From assembly GCA_013216195.1 (NCBI GenBank), contig JABSOQ010000003.1, positions 38,419-102,418 on the forward strand: a stretch of 64,000 nucleotides of DNA, given 5' to 3'. The DNA is from Bdellovibrionales bacterium (GTDB lineage Bacteria; Bdellovibrionota; Bdellovibrionia; Bdellovibrionales; UBA1609). Positions within the stretch are counted from its first letter, which is position 1. Each line of letters opens with the position of its first letter. Shown in pieces: positions 12,183-21,503 of the stretch. The position numbers and the translations under genes were made by a program. The notes beneath the pieces were generated by a model. It had not been told where the DNA came from, made no database searches, and was given only the letters and a program-made list of their open reading frames with translations.

Positions 12183-13831
12183 GCCAACAATCCCCCAACA
12201 ACTTTATGGACTCAAAAACTTTAATAGCTTTGGCTATGTTAGGTTTTGCATGGTTTGGCTGGCAGTCATATCTACAGAACAAGTATCCCGAAGCTTACAA
12301 ACCAAAGACTGAGCAAACAGAAGATCAAGCAAAGAGCACATCAGCAGAATCGGAAACAGCTACCGAATCTTCGGCTAAAGAGTGTGAATCAAAGCCTGAG
12401 TTAGCTGAAACGGTGAACGAAAAAGCCGGGCAGCAAGAACTTGCTCAAGACAACCAAAATAACCCAGAGAAGACTTTTGGCTACAAAAATGACAAGGTTG
12501 CCTTCGAGCTTTCGTCGAAGGGCATGGGCTTTAACAGTTTCACGATAAATGATCATTACGACAGGTCTGGTGAACCCTACTCTTTTCAAAGCTCCGATGA
12601 TTTTAGAATTCTAGAGACTCGCCTTCTCGGTAGAGCTTCTTCACTTAACTTTGAAGTTCAAAAGATAGGGCCAGGAGCTTTTGTTGGGACTGCAAGCGTT
12701 GGCCAAATGCAGATTAAGAAGGCGATTGAAATTGATCCAACAACTTACCTCATCAAGACAAAGGTTGAAGTTCAAAACGCCGATGCCAGCTTTATTGGTA
12801 CAGAGACGGCTCTAGAATTAAAACTCGAAGACATCCAGACGAGTAGCTTCTTGCCGACCTTCGAGAGACAAGAGTTCTTTTCTGATGGTTCTGAAGGCGA
12901 AGAAAGAGTGTTAATCGACACCTCAGAGTCACTCAAAGAATCGGTTTCAAATATAAAAGTCGCTTCAGTTGGTACTCAGTACTTTGCACAGTCGGTAGTA
13001 GATAAATCTAAAATAGCGCCTGAGTTTGAATACACGGTTAAGAAGGGCTCCCCTCACGCAACAGGTAAGCTAAAGTACTCGGCTTTAAGTAAAGACAATT
13101 TCTCTTTGGAGTATGAAGCTTACATAGGGCCTAAGTATTTGAGCCTCATGGAAAAAATTGATCCGTCTCTAGCTTCAGTTATCGATTTTGGTTTCTTTAG
13201 TTGGTTGGCAAAGCCGATGCTACAACTTCTTAAGCTTTTCTACGGTTTCATCGGCAACTGGGGTGTTGCTATTATTTTGCTGACTGTTTTGATTAGAATG
13301 ATCGTGCTGCCGTTTACGGTCATGTCTTACAAATCAATGAATAAAATGAAGGTCATTCAGCCTAGAATCAAAGAGCTTAAAGAGAAGTACAAAGATGATG
13401 CTCAAAAGCTGAACCAAGAGATGATGGTTCTGATGAAAGACAACAAGGTAAATCCGCTTGGTGGTTGTCTTCCTATGTTGTTGCAGTTTCCGGTCTTCAT
13501 CGCTCTTTATCAGGTACTTGGGCAGAGCGTAGAGCTTTACCAAGCCCCGTTTGCATTTTGGATCGCTGATTTAAGTTTAAAAGACCCTTACTATGTGTTG
13601 CCTGTCTTGATGGGTATCACCATGTTTGTACAGCAGAAGATCACACCGAACACTATGGATCCTCAGCAAGCCAAAGTGATGATGTTTCTGCCGCTAGTTT
13701 TTGTTTTGTTTATGGTTGGGCTACCCAGTGGTCTAACTCTTTATATCTTTGTGAGCTCTCTGTTTGCGATCATGCAACAGTTTATCTTTATGAGAGACAC
13801 TATTGTTGGAAAAGAAATTCAAACCGCTTAG
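12179..13831 (+). CDS. yidC: Membrane protein insertase YidC
   Basis: Large periplasmic domain plus a C-terminal 60-kDa IMP core (NWGVAIILLTVLIRMIVLPF, NPLGGCLPMLLQFPVFIALY). The start is placed at the ATG at 12179 (ATGA overlap with the yidD stop). The ORF-track TTG at 12155 is an alternative. Confidence 0.93.
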   Translation: MSQQSPNNFMDSKTLIALAMLGFAWFGWQSYLQNKYPEAYKPKTEQTEDQAKSTSAESETATESSAKECESKPELAETVNEKAGQQELAQDNQNNPEKTFGYKNDKVAFELSSKGMGFNSFTINDHYDRSGEPYSFQSSDDFRILETRLLGRASSLNFEVQKIGPGAFVGTASVGQMQIKKAIEIDPTTYLIKTKVEVQNADASFIGTETALELKLEDIQTSSFLPTFERQEFFSDGSEGEERVLIDTSESLKESVSNIKVASVGTQYFAQSVVDKSKIAPEFEYTVKKGSPHATGKLKYSALSKDNFSLEYEAYIGPKYLSLMEKIDPSLASVIDFGFFSWLAKPMLQLLKLFYGFIGNWGVAIILLTVLIRMIVLPFTVMSYKSMNKMKVIQPRIKELKEKYKDDAQKLNQEMMVLMKDNKVNPLGGCLPMLLQFPVFIALYQVLGQSVELYQAPFAFWIADLSLKDPYYVLPVLMGITMFVQQKITPNTMDPQQAKVMMFLPLVFVLFMVGLPSGLTLYIFVSSLFAIMQQFIFMRDTIVGKEIQTA

Positions 13832-13842
13832 AGGAGAACATA

Positions 13843-14400
13843 ATGACCGGTTTATTAGGAAAAATCTTTGGGGGAAAAAAGGAATCTGCTGAATCTTCAG
13901 AAAATGCGTTCCTTGATCAGATTGAAGACACAGTAAAGGGCATTATTGAAACTGCTGATTTCGAGCTTGATTATGAAATCAATCAAGATGATCAGAACCC
14001 GAATGAGTACCATGTTGAACTTTTCGGCGATGACGAAGAACTTTTGAAAGCGAAAGAAGGTCAGCTTCTAGATGCGATTCAATTGTTCACAAAAAGAGTT
14101 CTGCAACATCAGTTTCCAGAAGACAACATCTTCATAAATATGGATTCTGGCGGTTTTAGACAAGACGCAAATGATGCCTTGTTAGATTTGGCTGACAAGC
14201 TTAAGGGTATAGTGCTTGATAAAGGAAAGTCTGTATACTTTAGGGCTCTTCCACCGAAAGATCGTAAGTTGATTCACCAGTATCTGGCAGAAGATGGCCG
14301 CGTTAAAAGTCGGTCGGTTGGAGAGGGTCACTTCAAAAAGATTAAAATTTATCCTAACCGCGAAAAAGATCGTCAAGACGATCAGTCTGCTACGCATTAA
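13843..14400 (+). CDS. jag: Jag/KhpB-like R3H-domain RNA-binding protein
   Basis: 185 aa. C-terminal R3H region LPPKDRKLIHQYLAEDGRVKSRSVGEG. The yidC-jag-mnmE synteny is canonical. Confidence 0.8.
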   Translation: MTGLLGKIFGGKKESAESSENAFLDQIEDTVKGIIETADFELDYEINQDDQNPNEYHVELFGDDEELLKAKEGQLLDAIQLFTKRVLQHQFPEDNIFINMDSGGFRQDANDALLDLADKLKGIVLDKGKSVYFRALPPKDRKLIHQYLAEDGRVKSRSVGEGHFKKIKIYPNREKDRQDDQSATH

Positions 14401-14405
14401 ATGTC

Positions 14406-15779
14406 ATGAGTCTATTTGCTGATCAAGACTCTGCAATTTGTGCGATAGCCACACCCCCAGGCTCTGGGGGGGTGGCAATGATCAGACTGAGTGGTGAAGG
14501 CTCAGATTCTATAATCAAAAAATCTTGTTCATTCGTTCCAGAAAAATGTGAAAGTCATAAAGTCTACTATGGGCATATGAATCACGATGGTGTGCCTATT
14601 GATGAAGTGCTAGTAACTTATTTCGAAAAGGGCAGATCATTTACTGGAGAAAAGACTTTTGAAATAAGCTGCCATGGTAGCCCTATTGTAGCGCAGCAGA
14701 TACTTGATGTTTTGATCGATTCTGGGGCCAGGATAGCCGAGCCAGGAGAGTTCACCTTTAGAGCCTTCATGTCGGGCCGGATAGATCTAGTGCAAGCGGA
14801 AGCCGTATTGGATCTTGTTGAGAGTGAGAGCCGGCGCGCTTCAAGTTTAGCACTAAGACAATTGAAGGGTAGCCTTTCACAAATAGTTGAGGATATTGAA
14901 CGCGATTTGATTCAGGTGCTAGCTCATGTCGAGGCCAATATAGATTTTGCCGCTGAAGATATTGAGATTGAATCGAGCCAGTCTTTGTCTACCAGGTTAG
15001 AGTCGGTCATCGACCGGGTGCTATCATTGATCTCGACTTACAAACAAGGCAAAGCGATTCATGAAGGGATCGATATTGCTTTGATAGGTGTACCCAATGT
15101 TGGGAAGTCTAGTCTGTTGAATGCTTTGGTCAACGAAGACAAGGCAATCGTCACAGATGTTGAGGGTACTACTCGTGATGTTGTTGAGGGTTTTTTCGAG
15201 TACGAAGGTGCTAGGTTTAATGTTTTTGATACCGCGGGTATGAGGGCCACAGACGACAAAATAGAAAAGATGGGCATAGAGAGAACTCTCAAGAAGATCG
15301 AAGACTGCGAGTTTAAAGTCATAGTTCTTGATTCAGAAAAACCATTGCTACCAGATTCGACAGGTATTGAGTTTGAACAAGAAAATACAACCATACTTTT
15401 TAACAAGGTAGACCTGATTGAAGACCGAAATAGTCTCCTGAAAGTTATAGGCGATTTTGAAGAATACGATGTCAGCTATGTGAGCGCTCAAACAGGAGAA
15501 GGTTTAGACTCCTTGAAATCGAAGCTCGCTAACCGAGCCGGCTTGAAAGGCGATCAGAATCAAACAGCGATTCTTACGAATTCTAGGCACCTGCAAAGTC
15601 TTTCATCAGCCTATAAGAGCTTAAAGAAAGGGCTATCATTGCTACAAAACCAAGAAAGCCCTGATTTTATTGCTTTCGAGCTAATGGATGCAGTGAAAGC
15701 GATTCAGTCTATGCTGGGCAAGAAGTTCGATGATGAGGTCATGGATCAGGTCTTTAGAGAGTTCTGTTTAGGTAAATAG
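14406..15779 (+). CDS. mnmE: tRNA modification GTPase MnmE
   Basis: 457 aa. G1 motif GVPNVGKSSLLNAL, DTAG motif, and C-terminal FCLGK tetrapeptide. Confidence 0.95.
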   Translation: MSLFADQDSAICAIATPPGSGGVAMIRLSGEGSDSIIKKSCSFVPEKCESHKVYYGHMNHDGVPIDEVLVTYFEKGRSFTGEKTFEISCHGSPIVAQQILDVLIDSGARIAEPGEFTFRAFMSGRIDLVQAEAVLDLVESESRRASSLALRQLKGSLSQIVEDIERDLIQVLAHVEANIDFAAEDIEIESSQSLSTRLESVIDRVLSLISTYKQGKAIHEGIDIALIGVPNVGKSSLLNALVNEDKAIVTDVEGTTRDVVEGFFEYEGARFNVFDTAGMRATDDKIEKMGIERTLKKIEDCEFKVIVLDSEKPLLPDSTGIEFEQENTTILFNKVDLIEDRNSLLKVIGDFEEYDVSYVSAQTGEGLDSLKSKLANRAGLKGDQNQTAILTNSRHLQSLSSAYKSLKKGLSLLQNQESPDFIAFELMDAVKAIQSMLGKKFDDEVMDQVFREFCLGK

Positions 15780-16049
15780 AAGTATCTGAAATTAATAGGT
15801 TTTTTCTGAATTTAAAAAAGACCGCGTGCGTAGAATAGTCTGTTGGGCGCCAGCTTAGATTGAGGCCCTTGAAAAAACCGTTCCATTAAGTATCGGAATA
15901 TATTGGATTTTTTCTGCTACTTCGTAGCGAATGGCGAATATCGAAACAGGCTCTTGCGCATTTTGTTGCGGAGCACCACTCAGTTTGTTAGATATTCGGA
16001 TAAGAAAAACAGAGGCTTGCGTCTCTAGACTAAAGGTTGAGTCTGATCA

Positions 16050-17942
16050 ATGAGAGCTAAAGATTATTCGGTCATTGTGGTTGGTGCAGGTCATGCTGGG
16101 GTTGAGGCCGCTCTTGCTAGCGCAAGAATGGGGGTGAAGACCCTCTTGATGACCAATAACCTGGACCGTGTTGCCTACATGAGTTGCAACCCTTCCATTG
16201 GTGGTTTGGGTAAAGGGCACATCGTTAAAGAGATCGATGCTTTAGGTGGGGTCATGGGTCAGGCAGCTGACCTGAATTGTATTCAGTTTAAAAGGTTGAA
16301 CTCGAAAAAGGGGCCGGCAGTTAGAGGCTCAAGAGCTCAATGTGATAAAGCCAAATATTCAAAGTTTGTTTCAGATATAGTAAGTAATTACGAGAATCTA
16401 GATATCAAGCTAGGTGAGGTCAGATCACTCGTTTTAAAGGGTGATGTTGTTGAAGGTGTAAGACTAATAGATGAATCTGAGGTCTTTTCTGACAAGGTCA
16501 TTTTGACTACAGGTACATTTATGAACGCAGTCATGCACTTTGGCCTCAAAAGAATAGAAGGTGGTCGGTTGGGTGATAAGTCTACTGTTGGCTTATCGGA
16601 CCAATTGAACGATTTTGGCTTTTCTGTCACCAGGCTCAAAACCGGGACACCCCCCCGGTTAGCGAAAGACTCTATAGATTGGTCTAAGACTGAGGGGCAA
16701 GGAGGAGATAAAGACTTTATCCCCTTCAGTTTTTGCTCAGAAAGAAAACTACACTACCCACAAATACAGTGTTTTTTGACTTACACTAATGAGCAAACTC
16801 ATGAAATTATTAGGCAAAATCTAGACAAATCACCAATGTTCACTGGGGCTATAGAGGGCATGGGGCCTCGTTATTGCCCGAGTATAGAAGACAAAATCAC
16901 AAGGTTTGCAGACAAAGACAGGCATCAGACTTTTTTAGAGCCAGAGGGGTTAGATACTGACTCAATTTATCTTCAGGGTATTTCAACAAGCCTCCCTGAA
17001 GAGGTTCAGTATGAGTTTCTTAAAACAATACCTGGCTTAGAGAATGTTGTGATTCAGAAGCCTGGTTATGCAGTTGAATATGACTTCACTCCACCTACTC
17101 AGTTGCAGCACTCGCTTGAAACTAAGCAGATTAAGGGCCTCTTTCTGGCTGGTCAGATAAATGGCACCAGCGGTTATGAAGAAGCAGGCTGCCAAGGATT
17201 AGTGGCGGGCGTGAATGCTGCTGCTCAAGTTCATGGGCTAGATCCCTTTATTCTAGGGCGAGAACAAGCATACACTGGGGTCTTGGTAGATGATTTGGTA
17301 ACAAAAGGTACTAAAGAGCCCTACCGAATGATGACTTCAAGAGCAGAGCACAGATTGGTTTTGAGAGAGGACAACGTACTCAACAGATTGTCCGATATAG
17401 CTAAGGCCTACAATTTATTGACCGATGACCAGGTTAGAACACTAGACAAAATACTTGGTCAAAGAGTGGTGACTAGGCAAAAACTGGATAGTCAGCAGAT
17501 GGTGCCCAATGTGAATACCCAAGATAAGGTGACTAGTCTGGGTTCTAAACCTCTCATGAAGCCCATTTCTGGAGCAGAGTTTCTTCGTAGGCCTGAGATC
17601 AATATTGAGATGATGAAGGCGTTCGATATTGAGATACCTGAAGACCCTAACGTGTTTGAACCGGTTGAAATTGAGATCAAGTACGAAGGTTATATTAAAA
17701 GACAAGAAGAGATGATTCAGAGGGCGAAAAAGCTTGAAAATAGTATGATTCCTGCCGATCTAGACTTTGGTAGAGTCAGGGGTCTTTCAGCAGAAGAAAT
17801 AGAAAAATTGGGTGAGATTCGACCACGCACTCTCGGTCAAGCCGAACGTGTGAGTGGCGTAAACCCCTCTGCGATTCAGGCCTTGATGGTTCATCTGAAA
17901 GGACATCACAATCAAATACACTCCGAGCGGTCTAGTTATTAA
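16050..17942 (+). CDS. mnmG: tRNA uridine 5-carboxymethylaminomethyl modification enzyme MnmG
   Basis: 630 aa. N-terminal FAD-binding motif VIVVGAGHAGVEAA. Conserved GPRYCPSIEDK. Confidence 0.96.
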   Translation: MRAKDYSVIVVGAGHAGVEAALASARMGVKTLLMTNNLDRVAYMSCNPSIGGLGKGHIVKEIDALGGVMGQAADLNCIQFKRLNSKKGPAVRGSRAQCDKAKYSKFVSDIVSNYENLDIKLGEVRSLVLKGDVVEGVRLIDESEVFSDKVILTTGTFMNAVMHFGLKRIEGGRLGDKSTVGLSDQLNDFGFSVTRLKTGTPPRLAKDSIDWSKTEGQGGDKDFIPFSFCSERKLHYPQIQCFLTYTNEQTHEIIRQNLDKSPMFTGAIEGMGPRYCPSIEDKITRFADKDRHQTFLEPEGLDTDSIYLQGISTSLPEEVQYEFLKTIPGLENVVIQKPGYAVEYDFTPPTQLQHSLETKQIKGLFLAGQINGTSGYEEAGCQGLVAGVNAAAQVHGLDPFILGREQAYTGVLVDDLVTKGTKEPYRMMTSRAEHRLVLREDNVLNRLSDIAKAYNLLTDDQVRTLDKILGQRVVTRQKLDSQQMVPNVNTQDKVTSLGSKPLMKPISGAEFLRRPEINIEMMKAFDIEIPEDPNVFEPVEIEIKYEGYIKRQEEMIQRAKKLENSMIPADLDFGRVRGLSAEEIEKLGEIRPRTLGQAERVSGVNPSAIQALMVHLKGHHNQIHSERSSY

Positions 17943-18060
17943 GCCTAAACAAGAAGAAGAAAAGCCAAAGGAGCCAGAAAAGCCCAAGTGGCGTATCGAT
18001 CATTGGTATCCTGACCTTGGAGATGAGACTCGGCAGAAGCTTAAGATTTTCCATATAGAG

Positions 18061-18612
18061 TTGCTCAAATTTAATCACATGATGAACCTGATTTCGAAGA
18101 GGACCATTATAGATGCCGACCGGATTCATTTCGCAGACGCAATAAACGCGGCGCGTCTAATATTTGAAGACTCCGGAGCTCAGCACATATTCGACATAGG
18201 CTCTGGTAACGGCATTCCAGGGCTTGTAATGGCTGCTATGGACCCTGATAGAGCGATTCACTGTGTAGACTCCAATGCCCGTAAGTCAGAGGCTATCAGG
18301 CATTTTGCGGATCGAATGGGGATGAGTAATGTTAAGGTTTACAATGCTCGTTTAGAAGACCTCGGTGAGGGTGTTGTTGAATGTGCCGTCTCCAGAGGGT
18401 TTGCTAGTATTTCTAAGACGCTGTTGCTGTCTAGAAAGGCCCTTTCGAGCTCTGGTGTCTACTATCACATGAAATCATCAAGTTGGTCTAACGAGCTTAG
18501 AGAGATTCCTACTCAGATGTTTAGGCATTGGGCTCCTGCTGACCACTTTGAGTATGTGCTGCCTGAATCAGACCAGCAAATGTCTGTAGTGGTCACCAAA
18601 AAGAAAAAGTAA
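18061..18612 (+). CDS. rsmG: 16S rRNA (guanine527-N7)-methyltransferase RsmG
   Basis: SAM-binding motif DIGSGNGIPGL. The listed start is the first canonical start codon (TTG). The homologous N-terminal helix appears to extend upstream in-frame with no ATG/GTG/TTG (see finding), so the 5' end is uncertain. Confidence 0.85.
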   Translation: MLKFNHMMNLISKRTIIDADRIHFADAINAARLIFEDSGAQHIFDIGSGNGIPGLVMAAMDPDRAIHCVDSNARKSEAIRHFADRMGMSNVKVYNARLEDLGEGVVECAVSRGFASISKTLLLSRKALSSSGVYYHMKSSSWSNELREIPTQMFRHWAPADHFEYVLPESDQQMSVVVTKKKK

Positions 18613-18621
18613 GGTGGTCAT

Positions 18622-18637
18622 TGTTCCACGTGGAACA
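18622..18637. promoter_or_regulatory. parS site 1 (perfect palindrome TGTTCCACGTGGAACA)
   Basis: The 16-bp palindrome matches the parS consensus tGTTNCACGTGAAACa. It starts 10 bp after the rsmG stop. Confidence 0.85.
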
Positions 18638-18755
18638 ATGGTCAGTCTGATCAAAACCTGACTTTTTTAGGCATTTTAGACGACATATCCCCACTATCCA
18701 CTGAGTAATCCACGAAGCTGGTCAGATCTGCAATGAATACCCACATTTTTAGCAA

Positions 18756-18771
18756 TGTTCCACGTGGAACA
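18756..18771. promoter_or_regulatory. parS site 2 (TGTTCCACGTGGAACA)
   Basis: Identical 16-mer to site 1. Confidence 0.85.
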
Positions 18772-18822
18772 TTGCCGATTTATCGATAGTTGATCTAAGG
18801 GGCATTTAAGAGGGTTGGCCAT

Positions 18823-18838
18823 TGTTCCACATGGAACA
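18823..18838. promoter_or_regulatory. parS site 3 (TGTTCCACATGGAACA)
   Basis: Differs from site 1 by one central G-to-A change. Confidence 0.75.
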
Positions 18839-18864
18839 ATGAGATTTCATACAGAAAACGCCGA

Positions 18865-18880
18865 TGTTCCACGTGGAACA
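18865..18880. promoter_or_regulatory. parS site 4 (TGTTCCACGTGGAACA)
   Basis: Identical 16-mer to site 1. It ends 1 bp before the stop codon of the minus-strand lipoprotein gene. Confidence 0.85.
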
Positions 18881-18881
18881 A

Positions 18882-19457
18882 TTATTCTTCGGTCTTTTCA
18901 GGGTCCCCTTTTCTCTCAGGCTCTGGCTCACCGTTCATCTTGCGAGTGTATTTATCTATTCGCTCTTTCAGGCGCGGCACCCGCTCATTCCAGTTCGGAG
19001 AGGCATTTCTCAGGTTTTTATGGGCTAAATAAGCAGCATACTCTCTAGTGTCAGGGTATTCCTTCTCTGACTTAAGAGATTCAGCGTAGGCAAGTCGTGA
19101 CTCAAGCCTTCGTCTTTCGAGTCTGATTTCTAGATACCTAATCTCTTGGTTGTAGGCCTTTATCTTTCTATTCTCTTTTCGAATGTCTTTGTTTAGGGTG
19201 GCGATCTCCGGATCCCCTGTTTCTAGTGTTTTAAGCTCATCTCTGGCCATCTGCTTGAATGTCTCAGCGTTCTTTTTGTCTTCTTGGGCTTGGGCTAGGG
19301 TCTGCTGAAGATCCAAATAAATTTTATCTTTTAACTCAGGGAAAGGATCTACGGATTCACATCCAGTGCCCACTAGCAGAAACACCGTGGCGAGAAACCA
19401 GAAATATCGCCTTGAACCAAGTTTTTTGTTGAATCTTTTTTGTTCCACATGGAACAA
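18882..19457 (-). CDS. Coiled-coil lipoprotein, function unknown
   Basis: 191 aa. The signal peptide ends in the lipobox LLVGTGC. The mature part is charged and heptad-like (KE-rich). Only TTG (19457) or GTG (19448) starts are available and both lie inside parS site 5, so the start is uncertain. Confidence 0.6.
   Translation of the reverse strand: MFHVEQKRFNKKLGSRRYFWFLATVFLLVGTGCESVDPFPELKDKIYLDLQQTLAQAQEDKKNAETFKQMARDELKTLETGDPEIATLNKDIRKENRKIKAYNQEIRYLEIRLERRRLESRLAYAESLKSEKEYPDTREYAAYLAHKNLRNASPNWNERVPRLKERIDKYTRKMNGEPEPERKGDPEKTEE
19441..19456. promoter_or_regulatory. parS site 5 (TGTTCCACATGGAACA)
   Basis: Same variant as site 3. It lies in the parA upstream region and overlaps the first codons of the minus-strand lipoprotein ORF. 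Confidence 0.75.
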
Positions 19458-19507
19458 TCGGCAAATTCCATCTTGAAGTAAAGTGCAACGTAGAAAGTGG
19501 AGGGATC

Positions 19508-20380
19508 ATGGCTAGAGTAATATGTATCGCAAACCAAAAGGGCGGCGTAGGAAAGACCACTTCATCGGTTAATATCGCGGCAGCTCTATGTCAGTTGAAG
19601 AAGAGAGTTTTAATCATTGACATGGATCCACAGGGCAACGCGTCAAGTGGCCTAGGGGTAAAGAGGTTCGGTACACAAGACAGCAGCATCTACCAGGTTC
19701 TAATTGGAGAAAAGAACCTTCATGACGTTCTGCAGCAAACTTCGGAGGAGGGCCTTTTTGTAGCAACAGCCAACCCTGACTTGGTTGGTGCTGAGATCGA
19801 ATTGGTAGATTTTGAAAGACGAGAATACCGGCTCAAAGATTCAATCGCTACGATTAGCGATGAGTTTGACTATATATTAATAGACTGCCCGCCATCACTT
19901 GGCCTTCTGACCGTGAACTCACTTAGTGCTGCTGACTCTTTCTTAGTGCCTTTGCAATGCGAATATTACGCACTAGAGGGGCTTTCACAGCTTTTGAATA
20001 CGGCAGGCCTTATAAAAAAAGGTCTCAACCCCAGGCTTTCAATTGAGGGTATTTTGTTGACGATGTTCGACACACGAAACAATCTTTCTCATCAAGTTGT
20101 ATCTGAGATCAAAACTCATTTCGCAGACAAAGTTTTTGAAGCAATCATCCCAAGGAATGTTCGACTCTCTGAGGCCCCAAGCCATGGCCAATCCATATTT
20201 TCTTACGACTCTAAATCTATTGGAGCCAAAAGATACCTTTCATTAGCTAAAGAACTTGATGAGAGAGTGCAAAAGAGAATTCTAAAAAGCCAGACATCAG
20301 AACCAGCAAAAGCAACAGAGCAAGCTCAGCAGCCAGACAATTCACCAGCTCCAGAACCACAAGGAGAAGTAAATGCCTGA
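19508..20380 (+). CDS. parA: Chromosome partitioning ATPase ParA/Soj
   Basis: Deviant Walker A NQKGGVGKTT plus IIDMDPQGN. It carries a ~40-aa P/A/Q/E-rich C-terminal tail. Confidence 0.95.
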   Translation: MARVICIANQKGGVGKTTSSVNIAAALCQLKKRVLIIDMDPQGNASSGLGVKRFGTQDSSIYQVLIGEKNLHDVLQQTSEEGLFVATANPDLVGAEIELVDFERREYRLKDSIATISDEFDYILIDCPPSLGLLTVNSLSAADSFLVPLQCEYYALEGLSQLLNTAGLIKKGLNPRLSIEGILLTMFDTRNNLSHQVVSEIKTHFADKVFEAIIPRNVRLSEAPSHGQSIFSYDSKSIGAKRYLSLAKELDERVQKRILKSQTSEPAKATEQAQQPDNSPAPEPQGEVNA

Positions 20381-21503
20381 GACTAAAACTCCTGCATCGA
20401 AGAAAACGGCAAAAAAGGGCTTGGGCCGAGGCCTTGGCTCACTTTTAGGTGGCCCACCTCCAGCCGAGCAGCAAGAAACAGCCCAAGTATCAGCACCGAC
20501 TCCAGCTGCCCCAAAGCCTGCACAAGAAAAACAAGTTGAAGCCACTGCCCCTCCACAAAAGCAAGCGCCTCAGCCGGCTGCCAAGCAAACTGAAGTTATC
20601 AAAAAGGTGAGTTTCAAAGAGCAAACAGACAAGTCTCTGCAAGAAGGCATCGTAGACAGTCAGAAAACAGAGGGCCAAAAGGCAAGCCCTAGCATTCCGG
20701 AAACACAGCGGATTTGGCAAATTCCCATAGAGAAGCTAAAGCCTCAGGCCGACCAACCGAGAAAAGAATTCGAACAAGAGGCGCTCAAAGAGCTATCTGC
20801 TTCGATCAAAGAACAAGGCATCTTGCAGCCAATTGTTGCTAGAAAAAATGAGTCAAAACAATTTGAGATCATTGCGGGTGAACGACGCTGGAGAGCCGCT
20901 CAGCAGGCTGGCTTAGAGCGTGTGCCTGTTATTCTCAAAGCTACCGATGATCAAACGGCTCGAGAGCTTGCTCTAATTGAAAACATTCAGCGAGAAGATC
21001 TAAACCCAGTTGAAGAGGCTGAGGCGTTTGAAGCTTTGATCAAAAAATACAAACTCACTCAACAAGAGTTAGCCGATCGCCTTGGCAAAGACAGGGTAAG
21101 TATTGCAAATACCTTAAGATTGTTGAAACTCCACCCCGATTTGAGGGCTTACCTTAAATCTGGAGAACTAAGTCAGGGAACAGCCAAAGTTTTGCTTTCA
21201 ATCGATGAGAGCGCTCTTCAAAAGAAAATTGGTATGGAGTCGGTTAGAAAAAAGCTGACCGTAAGAGCCACAGAAAAGCTGGTGGCAAAAGCCAAACAAA
21301 TGGGTGATGCAGCTGACCTCGAGGCTGAATCTGAAGAGCTGCAGGTTTCTAAAAGACTGGCTAAAGCTCTGGCTCAAGAACTTCAGAAGACTTTGAAAAC
21401 CCGAGTCGCGATTGATTACAATGACGGCAAAGGCCGAATCAAGATCAACTTCCACTCAGATGTTGAGTTAAATCAAATAGTTGATAAGCTAAGGCTGCAA
21501 TGA
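20373..21503 (+). CDS. parB: Chromosome partitioning protein ParB/Spo0J
   Basis: N-terminal KKGLGRGLGSLL motif, ParB box GERRWRAA, and an HTH (QQELADRLGKDRVSIANTLRLL). About 90 aa of P/A/Q-rich linker follow the N-terminal motif. Confidence 0.95.
   Translation: MPETKTPASKKTAKKGLGRGLGSLLGGPPPAEQQETAQVSAPTPAAPKPAQEKQVEATAPPQKQAPQPAAKQTEVIKKVSFKEQTDKSLQEGIVDSQKTEGQKASPSIPETQRIWQIPIEKLKPQADQPRKEFEQEALKELSASIKEQGILQPIVARKNESKQFEIIAGERRWRAAQQAGLERVPVILKATDDQTARELALIENIQREDLNPVEEAEAFEALIKKYKLTQQELADRLGKDRVSIANTLRLLKLHPDLRAYLKSGELSQGTAKVLLSIDESALQKKIGMESVRKKLTVRATEKLVAKAKQMGDAADLEAESEELQVSKRLAKALAQELQKTLKTRVAIDYNDGKGRIKINFHSDVELNQIVDKLRLQ

Noticed and set aside
18815-19048. A 77-aa plus-strand ORF starting in the parS array.
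   Set aside because: Its start region is simply two parS palindromes translated. It lies antisense to the better-supported lipoprotein ORF.
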